From Microgenomates group bacterium GW2011_GWA2_44_7 (GTDB lineage Bacteria > Patescibacteriota > Microgenomatia > GWA2-44-7): DNA of 55,815 nt. Positions 16,812-27,075 of this stretch are shown one piece after another. The position numbers were made by a program, and so were the translations under genes. The stretch is taken from the NCBI GenBank assembly GCA_000999595.1, contig LCJH01000001.1, positions 1-55,815 on the forward strand. Reading direction: 5' to 3'. Within the stretch, counting starts at the first letter, position 1; the number at the start of each line of letters is the position of its first letter. The notes beneath the pieces are model-generated. The model saw only the letters and a list, made by a program, of their open reading frames with translations, made no database searches and was not told the origin of the DNA.

Positions 16812-17956
16812 TTGGTTTCAAGCACCTTATTATAAACGTCCAGAGTCATCGCGGCTGTTTTTTGCCAGTTATAGGCGCATGATCTTGCCTTACCCAGAGC
16901 AGTGAGGCGTCTGGACACTGCTGGATTAAGAGCTGACTGTATCCCCTGGGCAATGTCGTCAACATTTAAGGGATCAACATAAACGGCTGCGTTTCCTAAA
17001 AGTTCTTTTAGGGCTGGAGTATTTGAAGAAACTACAGGACAACCTACGGTAATTGCCTCAAGGGGATCAAGGCCAAAACCTTCCCAAAATGATGGTTGAC
17101 AATAAACATTGGCTAAAGAATATATCACAGGAAGATCCGGTTCGGGAACAAAACCAAGTCGGATCACCAGATCACTTTTAAAAAGGCGCGTTAGCTCTTC
17201 TACATGCGCCAGCTCCGGATGGGGAAGCCCCAGCAAGTTTCTTAAAATATCTCTCGGCCTTGATACATGGATCACTTTTCTGTCCAGCTTATCAATTTCG
17301 ATTGCCTGTTTACCCACAATAACTAAGGGCATTTGCATTTGTCCACAGGCTTTGATAAGACCGGGAATATTTTTGTTCCAGTTAACATCGCCGACATAAA
17401 GAACATATTTATCGGGTAGTTTGTATTTCTTCTTAACTTGGTAACCTCTACTTTTAAATAGCCTTTCATTTAATACAAATTGCGGCGCCAAAGGGATAAC
17501 CTGAATCCGATCAGATGCTATCTTTAAATAAAAGGTGATATCTTTTTTTGAAGTATAAGAATCAGTAATTACGAGTTTAACCGATTGAAGTGCTTTTGTT
17601 TGTAACATAAGGCTTTGTTTTCCTCTAATTCCGGCAGGATAGTGCTGTGGAAATCTTAACTGGGTTACGTCATGAATGGTAATCACTGTCGAGAGGCCTT
17701 TTGGGATTTTGAGTGTCGGTCGAAATAGATCAAAGAAGGGATAATGCAAAACCGAGAGTTGCTCACTGTTTAACTGGTCAAAGTTGCTAATCGGGATAAC
17801 CTTAAAAGCTCTATATTCTTTTTTTTGGGTAAGTAAACAAAGGTTTGTGTAAAGTCTATTAGTGTAGAAACCAATTCCCCTAGTGGCATGAGCAGTCTCT
17901 AAGGGAGAGACAATAAATCCCACTTTAATCGGGTTAGCCTTTTCTTTTTTAACCAT
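16808..17956 (-). CDS. GT4 (GT-B fold) glycosyltransferase
   Basis: 382 aa with YVLYVGDVNWNKN and VYCQPSFWEGFGLDPLEAITVGCPVVSS (E-x7-E). It has a 4 nt ATGA overlap with the downstream gene. Confidence 0.8.
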   Translation of the reverse strand: MVKKEKANPIKVGFIVSPLETAHATRGIGFYTNRLYTNLCLLTQKKEYRAFKVIPISNFDQLNSEQLSVLHYPFFDLFRPTLKIPKGLSTVITIHDVTQLRFPQHYPAGIRGKQSLMLQTKALQSVKLVITDSYTSKKDITFYLKIASDRIQVIPLAPQFVLNERLFKSRGYQVKKKYKLPDKYVLYVGDVNWNKNIPGLIKACGQMQMPLVIVGKQAIEIDKLDRKVIHVSRPRDILRNLLGLPHPELAHVEELTRLFKSDLVIRLGFVPEPDLPVIYSLANVYCQPSFWEGFGLDPLEAITVGCPVVSSNTPALKELLGNAAVYVDPLNVDDIAQGIQSALNPAVSRRLTALGKARSCAYNWQKTAAMTLDVYNKVLETK

Positions 17957-17967
17957 TTTTTCTCATC

Positions 17968-18789
17968 TCAGAGCCAGTCTTTGGTTACGTCTTTGGCGCC
18001 GGTAGTCTTGGCCTCCCAGTATTTAATATAAGCATTAACGGTAGTAAGACCGGTAAAAAGCGCAAACACAAATCCCGGGAAACCGTCTTCGTAGCCTTTA
18101 TGCCGAATAAAGATTGAAAACCAGGTAGTTAAGGGTATCCAAAAAAGATATTTAAACATATGGAGCGGTCTGATACCCGGATCTTTTTGAAGGAGTTCCT
18201 GGCCAATGAGGGTGGAATACCGATTGTCTTTTGTTAAATAAACTGAAAACGAAGGAGTCGGTAAGTGAATTAGCTCGCCACTGAGCCAGCCTAGTGCCCC
18301 ATCGACCTCCATCTGTTCGTGAACACTTCGGCATGGAAGTCTGGCTTTGCCTCTTTTGAAAAAACGGATAACCGGGTCAGGATAATGTCCGCCTTTTCTA
18401 ATCCATCGCCCTAAGAACATCTTCCTCCGTTTAATCCAATAAGCAGCCGGATAATCAGTTGCCAAAGCGTTTGTATCGGAACTAATTCTTAAAAGCTCAT
18501 CGCGAAGTTCAGCCGTCACTCTTTCGTCCGCATCCAACTGAAGAACCCAGTTTTCTTTTGCTTGCCTTATCGCTTTTTGTTTATTTACATGAAAGATGGG
18601 GTGATTTTTAGTTATCGTAATCTTTGCCCCGAACTGTTTAGCAATTTCTACAGTTCTATCGGTCGATTCACCGTCCATTATAATAATTTCGTCAGCGAAA
18701 TCTTTCACCGACGCAAGACACCCTAGCAAATCAGGCTCTTCATTTAATGTCGCCAGACATACTGAGATATTTGATTTAGTCTTCTTCAT
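17968..18789 (-). CDS. GT2 glycosyltransferase, WaaE/KdtX-like subfamily (paralog 1 of 3)
   Basis: 273 aa with ISVCLATLNEEPDLLGCLASVKDFADEIIIMDGESTDRTVEIAKQFGAKI, LQLDADERVT, YPDPVIRFFKRG and VHEQMEV. A hydrophobic C-terminal segment follows. Confidence 0.7.
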   Translation of the reverse strand: MKKTKSNISVCLATLNEEPDLLGCLASVKDFADEIIIMDGESTDRTVEIAKQFGAKITITKNHPIFHVNKQKAIRQAKENWVLQLDADERVTAELRDELLRISSDTNALATDYPAAYWIKRRKMFLGRWIRKGGHYPDPVIRFFKRGKARLPCRSVHEQMEVDGALGWLSGELIHLPTPSFSVYLTKDNRYSTLIGQELLQKDPGIRPLHMFKYLFWIPLTTWFSIFIRHKGYEDGFPGFVFALFTGLTTVNAYIKYWEAKTTGAKDVTKDWL

Positions 18790-18814
18790 AAGGTCTTACT
18801 GCTCTATTCTACGG

Positions 18815-20515
18815 CTAGATTGAGGCAAACTCAAAAGCTACCTCTCCACTTGGAAACACAACTCTATCAATAATTTGCGCATTTGAGGGAATTTCCTTCG
18901 GTGTCCCAATAACCAAAGTCCCAGGTATTTGACTTACCTCCTCCCAAATAATCGGCGCAAAATCAAATTTACCAAAACTCTTCACTGTTGAAAATCCATA
19001 TTTATCTCGTAGAGATAGCACCACTTCCTTTTGAAAAACAGCCGGAGGATATTTTAAGAAAAAAAGCATCTCAATATACGGCTGATCATAAGTATCCGTC
19101 ATGATAACTCTGTTGTAGAAGGGTAGTAGTGGCCCCACTTTTCTCGCTACCTGCTCGAATCCATATTCCCAGGCATCCGGATAAACTTTAGGATAATGAA
19201 TGTAATACTGATTAAGATAATAGCTTACACTCCAACCATAACTCAAAGCGATGCCACCAGCAATCAAGCCATAAAGAAGCGGAAAATTTAATCTGACAGC
19301 CGTTAGCTTCTTCACCAATAAGGTAAACCCGGCTGCCGTAACTAACACTAATGGGATAACCATATTTTGAGCTCTCAACGCATGGGGGGTTTGGAAAGTT
19401 AAAGCCGCCGCCAGAGGCGATACTGCCAACCAATAAAAGACCAACGCAGTTCCTCTACCTCCCTTTTTCACTAATACATATACGCCTAGAAGCAAAATCG
19501 GAATCTCTATCAAATACATCTGGCCCATCTCCGGCACCCTGTTCCTTGGAATAACGTCACCGGAAATAAAGAGGAAATTTCCACTGAAGTGTTCAAGATA
19601 GTTCCTAGCAAATAAACCTGCATAAGCCATCACTTTATTATGTAAAATTTTCACCACCAGACTATCGGCGTTACCATGCTGACCGCGTAACTCATTGACC
19701 CGCCAAATAGGACCCGTGTCAGCCGTTAGACCTACCCCGGAAAACCTGGAAAGTCCACCAGGGCTAAAGACAACCCCAATAAGCGGCAATAGAAGCAAAA
19801 ACCCGAGAGCCGTACTTAGCCAGAACTCTCTCCGAGGCGGCCAAACTTGCTTAAAGAAAATCAGCACCAACCCTAATCCCAATACCGGCGCAATCAAGCG
19901 AGTACTCTGATAGATATACATCGAAAAGACAAAAAAGATGACCGACGATAAAAGAAACATCCGTCGATTCAGCCCCTTTAAAAAAAAGACAACCCCGGCC
20001 AACAGCATCGTTGTCCCAGCATTCGTTTCCCATCCTCCTCTTGAAAAATGGATATGCCAGGGCGAGATCGCCAAAAGTAGGGCTGTCAAAAGTTGGTATC
20101 GCTTATCTGACTTACCGAAAGACAAAACCGCTACTTCACCTGCCAGAACATAAATCAGCCAGACCGAAAGAACTCCCAGTAAAGCAGAAGGAAGCCTAAC
20201 CGCCAAGATATTAAGTCCTATTATCTTAACAAGCGGCACTACCAAATAAAAATATCCGCCTGGTTTGTAATCTCCAAATGACTTAAAAACGATCGGCCAG
20301 GCATTTCCGTGCTCGTCCCTCCCTGTCCGTAAAAGCGAATAGGCATTGTAGCCAATCGCTGCCTCGTCCGCATTAAGACCTGATGGAAATTCATCTAATG
20401 AATAAAGTCGGAGAACGGCAGAAAGAACAAGAATTACGATCAAGATAATCTTCTTTAGAGAAAAATTCATTTTAATCTTATGGCCTCCAATTTTCTGAGA
20501 CCGCGTACCGACCAA
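18815..20515 (-). CDS. GT-C glycosyltransferase, GT39/PMT-ArnT-like (family A, member 1)
   Basis: 566 aa and polytopic. The first loop reads LDEFPSGLNADEAAIGYNAYSLLRTGRDEHGNAWPIVFKSFGDYKPGGYFY, followed by ISPWHIHFSRGGWE. The C-terminus has a soluble domain ending VVFPSGEVAFEFASI. The ORF-track start is TTG; the likely true start is the Met of MNFSLKK (about 20470). Confidence 0.75.
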   Translation of the reverse strand: MVGTRSQKIGGHKIKMNFSLKKIILIVILVLSAVLRLYSLDEFPSGLNADEAAIGYNAYSLLRTGRDEHGNAWPIVFKSFGDYKPGGYFYLVVPLVKIIGLNILAVRLPSALLGVLSVWLIYVLAGEVAVLSFGKSDKRYQLLTALLLAISPWHIHFSRGGWETNAGTTMLLAGVVFFLKGLNRRMFLLSSVIFFVFSMYIYQSTRLIAPVLGLGLVLIFFKQVWPPRREFWLSTALGFLLLLPLIGVVFSPGGLSRFSGVGLTADTGPIWRVNELRGQHGNADSLVVKILHNKVMAYAGLFARNYLEHFSGNFLFISGDVIPRNRVPEMGQMYLIEIPILLLGVYVLVKKGGRGTALVFYWLAVSPLAAALTFQTPHALRAQNMVIPLVLVTAAGFTLLVKKLTAVRLNFPLLYGLIAGGIALSYGWSVSYYLNQYYIHYPKVYPDAWEYGFEQVARKVGPLLPFYNRVIMTDTYDQPYIEMLFFLKYPPAVFQKEVVLSLRDKYGFSTVKSFGKFDFAPIIWEEVSQIPGTLVIGTPKEIPSNAQIIDRVVFPSGEVAFEFASI

Positions 20516-21830
20516 ACAACATCTCTGTTCCGTTATGCCGCGGATTATCAGAATAGCCTACAAAGAACATCGAGGGATTGTGAGGCCCGATCGGTTTTTC
20601 ATAGTAAGTCCTTATTATCCCAAATCCATTACCTTCTCCAACTGGAAAATCGTAAGTAATATTAGGCCGATTATATGGCTTTGCCTTTTCCAAAATATAA
20701 AGAACCGCATCCCGCTGGTGATTGTAACCGAGTGTATCATCATAGGTTACAAGCAAATTAAGAGTCCTGATCATACTAAATATTGCCACTATAAAGAGGG
20801 CCACAATCCCAAACGCGTTCTTGCCTATGGTTAAAGTTAGAATCAAAAAAAGAACAAGTACCGCCGTTGCCAGATAATACTCTGGCCAATGAGAACCTCC
20901 ATAAAAAGAAAAAGCCACTATAGAAAGTGGCACCACAAGCAGCAACATTAAAATTTTTAGATTTCGACTGTTTAAATAAAAAAGGGCAACCAAAAGAAAA
21001 AGAGAAACAAAAAGCTCATAAGGTTCAGCTAAAGGCAGGAAAGAACGAAATTCCCTGGAGAACTGAATCACTGCAAAAACAAATCGGTCGATATAACCGC
21101 TTGAAAGAGAAACACTCTGTCCTGCAAAGTTAAATACCGTAGCAATATTGATGAAATTATGACGAATATCAAAGATAATAAGCGGCGCGAACGGAACCAG
21201 AAAAGCACCTATCACGCTCAATAAACCAACGATCCTTTTCGATTTTTTAATACGAAAGTACTTTATAATGAAAATAGCAAGAACCGGTAAAAAGAAAATA
21301 AACTGAACATGAAAATTAATCCCCATCCCGACAAGAAAGGCCAAAAACAATAACGACTTTAAGCGATAACCCCTGGAAATGACCACCTCAACAATCGCTA
21401 TTACAGCCATCGGATAATACATTACGTTCCAACTCACCCTGTGTAGCTCCGAAACCCAGATTACACCTGCCAAAAATCCCGCGAGCGAAGAGATATGTTT
21501 CCTAATAAAGTAAAAGAGCCACGCGACAATCGCCACATTCACCATTCCCGCAACATACGCCTGGAAGATTGGGTCTGCCCTAAAGGCAAGATAAAAGGGA
21601 ACCAGGAAATAATAATGCCATGGCCCTAGGTGAAAACCGGCCTCAGAAACGACCCGGGGACCGATAAGTACCGGCCTTCTAGTTAGGACCATCTGCTGAA
21701 CTTCCTGATAGTCTCTCTCTTGATCATAGCCAATATGATAGAGGTTCTCCAGTTTATAAAAACTAAAAAACAGACTAATAAGTAAAAGTAATAGTAATAA
21801 GCACACCGAAGAAAAGCGTGTGTTAAACAT
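20478..21830 (-). CDS. GT-C-like polytopic membrane protein, ArnT-like (family C, member 1)
   Basis: 450 aa. The first loop YKLENLYHIGYDQERDYQEVQQMVLTRRPVLIGPRVVSEAGFHLGPWHYY is alignable by eye with 50419..51909 and 51912..53381. Confidence 0.6.
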   Translation of the reverse strand: MFNTRFSSVCLLLLLLLISLFFSFYKLENLYHIGYDQERDYQEVQQMVLTRRPVLIGPRVVSEAGFHLGPWHYYFLVPFYLAFRADPIFQAYVAGMVNVAIVAWLFYFIRKHISSLAGFLAGVIWVSELHRVSWNVMYYPMAVIAIVEVVISRGYRLKSLLFLAFLVGMGINFHVQFIFFLPVLAIFIIKYFRIKKSKRIVGLLSVIGAFLVPFAPLIIFDIRHNFINIATVFNFAGQSVSLSSGYIDRFVFAVIQFSREFRSFLPLAEPYELFVSLFLLVALFYLNSRNLKILMLLLVVPLSIVAFSFYGGSHWPEYYLATAVLVLFLILTLTIGKNAFGIVALFIVAIFSMIRTLNLLVTYDDTLGYNHQRDAVLYILEKAKPYNRPNITYDFPVGEGNGFGIIRTYYEKPIGPHNPSMFFVGYSDNPRHNGTEMLFGRYAVSENWRP

Positions 21831-23514
21831 TTTTGTACGGTCCCATCGATAAGAGATGCCTTCGAAGCATCTTTACTGAAATGACGATAATCAAACCGAG
21901 TGAAATTAATGATAACGAGTTACCAATCCTCTCAATTGGAGTGCTGTTCAGTCGCACCTCGACCAAATGTTTCCCAGGTTGAACCGGAAATCCCAATAAC
22001 CCCCCCGTTCCTATCGGAAATGTCTCCACCGGCTGCCCGTCTACTAACACCTGCCACAATGGAAAATAAAACCTCATCGCCTGCAGTAATTGGGGCGACT
22101 TAGTAGTAACCTCAAAAGTAGTAAGATCTCCAACAGCCCGAAAGTTGACCATTTGATAACCCAAACACGCATCAGCGTTGACACCGCAAGTCTCAGGAAC
22201 TTTATCTACCCAAATAGGAAGTGATTCTCCAGCAACATCGGTAGTCCCATAATAAAGCCCGGTATCATGTACATAATAATCGTCAGAATAGCGAACAGGT
22301 TCAAAAGTTCTCAAATAATTTCTATTTGAATAGAAAGCGACCGCCAAAATAAAAGTAACCAAAACCAATTTTGCCACCTTGCTCCCTACTAAAGAAACAA
22401 CCCACGAAGCCAAAAAGGCGCAGGAGAGAACCGTAACCGCCAGAAACCTCCAAGGGAATTGGACGTGACTAAAGAGAGAAATAAACGCCCAAACGGGTTC
22501 TGATTGGGGCTGCATAAGAAAGACAGTAACCCAAAAAATCCCCAAGAAAAGAAAGGCAGAACGATCTTTTCTTCTCAACTGCTCCCGTAATAATCGATAA
22601 AAAAGACACACAGCACTCATTACCACCACCAGCCACTGAACCCCACCTACCTGAAACGACATTCCATCATTTGGGCCGGGGACCGAATACCAATAGCCCC
22701 AAGACGAATATACAAGCTGTCGAAATGTAGGCCAGTGCTGACGAAAATCAAACACCTCGTGGCGCCCTATATGAATGAGGGGTAACTCTAAAACGGCCGG
22801 GAGAAGAAAAAAGGCCGAAAGACCAATCCCTAATAAAAAACTCGTCCCGAACGGGAGTAGCTTTTCTTTCAAACTCTTTGTTTCCACCAATTTCAACCCA
22901 ATATATAAAGCAAGGGGGATAGCAAATATAACCACACTAATGTTATGGGACGTGATGAGTCCAAACGTTGACAAAGCTATCACCACGAACCCCAAGAAAC
23001 TTTTCTTAACAAGATACCGATCAATACTAGCCAGAAGCAAGGGAACAAAGAAAAAAGCAAGCGTTGCCCCATACTGACCAGTAACATAAAGAGTCCCCAA
23101 CCTATAAGGCGCGTAAAGATAAACTATCGCCCCGATCATCGATGAGACACGTCCAAAATAACCTCTTAACCACCAATACATCGAAAAACCGGATCCCAGA
23201 GTCGCCAGATAAATTACCAACTTCAGGCTTCCTCCGTACGTAAATCTCAAGAAATGAAACAACGATCCCAAATAATAAAAGAGCGGGTAAAAATAGTTAA
23301 AAACAGGAGAGCCAAAACCGTTAGCCATATCCACCGCTATCCGTACAGGAAACTGACCCCTTGAGAGCTCATCATAGAAATGCATTAGACGAACCATATG
23401 GTGAGTCCCATCATGAGTCTTAAAAAATCCAGCTGGCAAAAGGGCTTGCGTAATCGGAACTATGGAAATAAATATCAAGAAAAGCGGGATTAGGTTACGT
23501 ATCTTCTTAACCAT
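21823..23514 (-). CDS. GT-C-like polytopic membrane protein, YfhO-like (family B, member 1)
   Basis: 563 aa. N-terminal loop THDGTHHMVRLMHFYDELSRGQFPVRIAVDMANGFGSPVFNYFYPLFYYL. Mid motif HVQFPWRFL. C-terminal module FYFPLWQVLVDGQPV...PGKHLVEVRL followed by a final helix. Confidence 0.6.
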   Translation of the reverse strand: MVKKIRNLIPLFLIFISIVPITQALLPAGFFKTHDGTHHMVRLMHFYDELSRGQFPVRIAVDMANGFGSPVFNYFYPLFYYLGSLFHFLRFTYGGSLKLVIYLATLGSGFSMYWWLRGYFGRVSSMIGAIVYLYAPYRLGTLYVTGQYGATLAFFFVPLLLASIDRYLVKKSFLGFVVIALSTFGLITSHNISVVIFAIPLALYIGLKLVETKSLKEKLLPFGTSFLLGIGLSAFFLLPAVLELPLIHIGRHEVFDFRQHWPTFRQLVYSSWGYWYSVPGPNDGMSFQVGGVQWLVVVMSAVCLFYRLLREQLRRKDRSAFLFLGIFWVTVFLMQPQSEPVWAFISLFSHVQFPWRFLAVTVLSCAFLASWVVSLVGSKVAKLVLVTFILAVAFYSNRNYLRTFEPVRYSDDYYVHDTGLYYGTTDVAGESLPIWVDKVPETCGVNADACLGYQMVNFRAVGDLTTFEVTTKSPQLLQAMRFYFPLWQVLVDGQPVETFPIGTGGLLGFPVQPGKHLVEVRLNSTPIERIGNSLSLISLGLIIVISVKMLRRHLLSMGPYKNV

Positions 23515-25179
23515 TTAATATGTCTTGACAATTCGGAATACGACCGAGCCATCAGGTCGGCGAATATTGTTAACAGCGACTGCTTGCTTACGATCGATAT
23601 CTTTGAGAGGAAGCTCCTCTTCTGTCCCCACGAAAAACGTCCCTTTTATTCCTCTGTCGCTCGGCCAATAAAGATTTCGGAAGTTGTAGTTCTCAAATTT
23701 GTGGACTTCTCCCACATCGCCATTTGGACTTGCTATCAATTTTGCTTGAGATTGGTAGCTAACTGGATCGACTCTATTGTAGAAAAGTACATAGATATAC
23801 GGTTGGCCCATCTTCTGAGTAAAGAAAACCGGACGGTTCTCAAGATTTTCTTGATTCAACAATTCAACCGCTTCCTTGTAACCGTAAAGCCGTTGATCTG
23901 AGAAAGTGACGGGAGCGTGCACGAAATAACTATCAAGATAATAACTTATTCCCCACAAATAAGTGACCGTAATGGCAGCAATTAGAGAGACGCTAAGTAA
24001 TAAAGATCTGCGTCTTATGAATAAGAGCAACGAATTTGTCCCCAGACTTGCTATTAATATTAATGGAATAACAAAGTTTATTGATCGCACTGCCGTGACG
24101 ACATCACGCGAAAGGGCGGCCGGCAAAGGAGAAATAACCAACCAATAAAGTAGAAAACCTTTGGCAGGAATCTCCGGCCGACGGATCAAAAAAGCAAAAC
24201 CAATAATTAGTAAAAGAAGGTCCGGCCAATAAAACTGTCCGGAATAAGGACTACCTAAACGGGCATTTGTCCAATCCCCTTCAAAAAAAAGAAACCGCCC
24301 GGAAAAATAACTAAAATAGCCCTCCAAGAAACGCCTCGTGCTATTTAGCCATTCACCGTGGAAGAATAAAAACTGTAATGAGTTTATAGTGGTTCCCTCT
24401 CTGGCGGCAATCGAGACGGCTTCTCCTACCGATCGCTGATAGGCAAAGACGTTATACACCATTAGCCTCCCACTGGTGCCCTGCGCGAATAATAGGATTA
24501 AAGCCAGAAATAAAGCGAAGATCGTTGAGCCGGTTAAAAAAGAAGGATTATTTCGCCACTTAATTTGTTTTCGAAAACATACTAGTAAGCCGACGACAAC
24601 TAAGGGTGTAATAATTTTGGCACTTTGATAAGTAAAAAATGTCAGACCGAAGGCTAGACCCGCAATTATCAAATAACGGCTTGATTTCCTTCCTTTTAAG
24701 AATGTCAGTATTCCCAATAGCGTGAGCATTAAGTTCATATTTGCTTCCCAAGCTCCTCGGGAGAAATGTATAAGCCAAGGATTGATGGCGGTTATTAACG
24801 CCGCAAACACCCCAATCGTTTTATTTTTTTGATCAAATAACTCACTTACCAAAAGATAGACCAAGCCAATAATAGCCACTCCTGAAACAGCCGAGGGTAG
24901 CTTAACGCTAAACTCATTTAAACCAAATAAGCCCACCGGGAGAACGGCGGCGTAGGCATAAAGGGCGGGTTTATAGTCTCCGAAGGATTTAAGTATCAAA
25001 GGCATAAAAATGCCATATTCATCCTTTCCTGTTTTCAAAATCGAATATGCATTATAGCCAAGGGCGGCTTCATCCCAAAGTAAAGGCCGACCATCAACTC
25101 CTAAACGCCAAACACGCAACGTCGCACCAAGCCCCATGATAACAATTAGGATTACTAGCGCCATATATTTAGTATTCAT
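23515..25179 (-). CDS. GT-C glycosyltransferase, GT39/PMT-ArnT-like (family A, member 2)
   Basis: 554 aa with LLWDEAALGYNAYSILKTGKDEYGIFMPLILKSFGDYKPALYAY and INPWLIHFSRGAWE. C-terminus ends IRRPDGSVVFRIVKTY. Confidence 0.75.
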   Translation of the reverse strand: MNTKYMALVILIVIMGLGATLRVWRLGVDGRPLLWDEAALGYNAYSILKTGKDEYGIFMPLILKSFGDYKPALYAYAAVLPVGLFGLNEFSVKLPSAVSGVAIIGLVYLLVSELFDQKNKTIGVFAALITAINPWLIHFSRGAWEANMNLMLTLLGILTFLKGRKSSRYLIIAGLAFGLTFFTYQSAKIITPLVVVGLLVCFRKQIKWRNNPSFLTGSTIFALFLALILLFAQGTSGRLMVYNVFAYQRSVGEAVSIAAREGTTINSLQFLFFHGEWLNSTRRFLEGYFSYFSGRFLFFEGDWTNARLGSPYSGQFYWPDLLLLIIGFAFLIRRPEIPAKGFLLYWLVISPLPAALSRDVVTAVRSINFVIPLILIASLGTNSLLLFIRRRSLLLSVSLIAAITVTYLWGISYYLDSYFVHAPVTFSDQRLYGYKEAVELLNQENLENRPVFFTQKMGQPYIYVLFYNRVDPVSYQSQAKLIASPNGDVGEVHKFENYNFRNLYWPSDRGIKGTFFVGTEEELPLKDIDRKQAVAVNNIRRPDGSVVFRIVKTY

Positions 25180-25195
25180 TTTTTATTATTTGCTA

Positions 25196-26995
25196 TTAAA
25201 TTCTTGATCGAACTTTATTAAATGTATAGCTTAGATTTTCAAAGAAACTCCCGGGATTAAAGTAAGTAGTATAGGAAAGACTCCCGGGGATATTTTTGCC
25301 ATTGATATAAAGACCTTCCCCACTTCTGCTATCGTATGGAACAGCGATATTTGTTCCTTCAGTGACGGGTGGTGCCCCAGGAGAGGTGATAATTAACGAA
25401 TAACGATGCGTGGCCGACTGTCTAATCTGCTTGAAAACTAATTTCAGATTGAAGTCATCCCCAATTGCTCCTCCGTTTATCTTAAAGGTTTGCGTCATAC
25501 CGCCATCTTTATCTGTCAGTGTAAAATAGACATCAGCTTTGCTTTTCAGTCCAATGTTTTTTATCATCACTTGGAGTCCCTTGAAATTATTATGGGTGAC
25601 TATGAAGTCCTGTTGAACAGTCGTCTCTCGACTTAAGACAACTGATTCTCTTTGGGAAAGGGTCTCAAAATCTATATACATCCCTTTAACGGTCAACCAA
25701 CTATGCAACAGAATTACCAAACCTCCGATACTGATAGCCAAAAGCGAGATAAGCTTTAAAATTCCTATAGGCGGGGTGGCCGGGAATTGATAGTTTGGCT
25801 TGATGGTTTTTATTATTTCAATTACAAACCAAAGCATGCAGGCCAAAAATACCGCATGAAAGAAGCCTTGGAGCTGGCTGCCGACCCCAAATAAGTCAAC
25901 CGCTTGACGGACACTGGGAAGCGAGATTAGGGCTTCATTAGTTGGACTAAATAAAGCAAAGGTCATATAAGTGTCGCTGATCAGAAAAACCGTGGCAAAG
26001 TAGGCAACCATTGATAACAAAGCGACCCTCCAATTTACCCAGCCCTTGATCGTGAGCAGCAATAGAAACGGCATTAACCATAGCATCCACTGGGGGTGAA
26101 AATTGTTTAAACCAAAATAAACGCCAAAAATGGCCAGAGGTATAACTGCCAACGGAGTTTTTTTTAAAAGGCCAAGGGTCGTTAAAATTAGCATTAATCC
26201 ATAAAATACACCATAGATAGGTAAATGTTCATTGTTGCCGATATCAAAGCCTGTTTTTGTTAGCCCGGTCGTTAAATTTGACAGCAGTATAGAACTTAGG
26301 GCTTCTCTTGAGAGCAAAATCGGGATAAAACTTAAGACCAAAGTTAAAATGGCAATAGTTAAGTCTCTCGTCTTTAGCAGTAGCCGACGATTGTCAAGTA
26401 ACCACCAAAAAGGAATAAGTAATAATGGAAAGAGTTTGAAACCAGCACCCGCGCCGAGCATAATATAAGACAAAGTCTTTTTTCTTCCAAAACATATTAC
26501 CGAGGCCAGTGTCAGGCTGGTCGGAACGACATCAAAATGAGAGGTACCATAAATTGCGTAAAGCGAGAACGGGTTGAAAAGCCAAATAAGGGCAGTTTGT
26601 TTCTTCTGATCATCTGAAACTGACCTTAATAATAACCAGGCGATAACTAGATCCGTGATGATGATTGGCATTTTCATCAGAAGTAAATCTCGATAGATCC
26701 CTCGATAATTCCCTACCCGAAGATCAAGACTCTCAATCCAGCCGTTAAAGTTGGGAGTAAATAAAAAACTCCCGATCTTTTGATAGGTAGCGAACAGCAG
26801 GTAAACAGGCGGTGGGTAATGCAAGGGAGTATTTTCTTTTACGCCAACCTCGTAGCCTTTAACCCAACCATATTTAGAAATTAGCGTTGCTTCGTGATAA
26901 ATACCCTTAAGATCAGGGTGATATAAAAAAGACGATAGCAGGATTCGCAAAATAACGGCCAGACCGACAAATTTTAACCACCAATGGTCTTTCAC
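25196..26995 (-). CDS. GT-C-like membrane protein, DUF2029/GT87-Gpi18-like (family D, member 1) with a C-terminal extracytoplasmic domain
   Basis: 599 aa. N-terminus FLYHPDLKGIYHEA...LHYPPPVYLLFA, then about 12 helices. After the last helix comes a non-membrane, beta-rich tail of about 150 aa (...FKGLQVMIKNIGLKSKADVYFTLTDKDGG...YSLIITSPG...). Confidence 0.55.
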   Translation of the reverse strand: MKDHWWLKFVGLAVILRILLSSFLYHPDLKGIYHEATLISKYGWVKGYEVGVKENTPLHYPPPVYLLFATYQKIGSFLFTPNFNGWIESLDLRVGNYRGIYRDLLLMKMPIIITDLVIAWLLLRSVSDDQKKQTALIWLFNPFSLYAIYGTSHFDVVPTSLTLASVICFGRKKTLSYIMLGAGAGFKLFPLLLIPFWWLLDNRRLLLKTRDLTIAILTLVLSFIPILLSREALSSILLSNLTTGLTKTGFDIGNNEHLPIYGVFYGLMLILTTLGLLKKTPLAVIPLAIFGVYFGLNNFHPQWMLWLMPFLLLLTIKGWVNWRVALLSMVAYFATVFLISDTYMTFALFSPTNEALISLPSVRQAVDLFGVGSQLQGFFHAVFLACMLWFVIEIIKTIKPNYQFPATPPIGILKLISLLAISIGGLVILLHSWLTVKGMYIDFETLSQRESVVLSRETTVQQDFIVTHNNFKGLQVMIKNIGLKSKADVYFTLTDKDGGMTQTFKINGGAIGDDFNLKLVFKQIRQSATHRYSLIITSPGAPPVTEGTNIAVPYDSRSGEGLYINGKNIPGSLSYTTYFNPGSFFENLSYTFNKVRSRI

Positions 26996-27075
26996 GGTCT
27001 AATTATCGCACTTTATGGGACTTAAGTGGATCCCTCACCCAAAGCCATAAGACTCACTCCCCAGGCAGAAATTCC

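Noticed and set aside
21823-23514. Possible pterin-biosynthesis function, suggested by the database label '6-pyruvoyl-tetrahydropterin synthase-related' often attached to this family.
   Set aside because: The protein is a multi-helix membrane protein of about 560 aa with YfhO-like N- and C-terminal motifs and no PTPS catalytic signature. I believe the label is a historical misnomer.
26996-27075. An 80 bp spacer between two GT-C genes, considered as a terminator or hairpin.
   Set aside because: It contains the direct repeats CTCACCC and CTCACTCCCC rather than inverted repeats. I could not form a stable stem-loop followed by a U tract.
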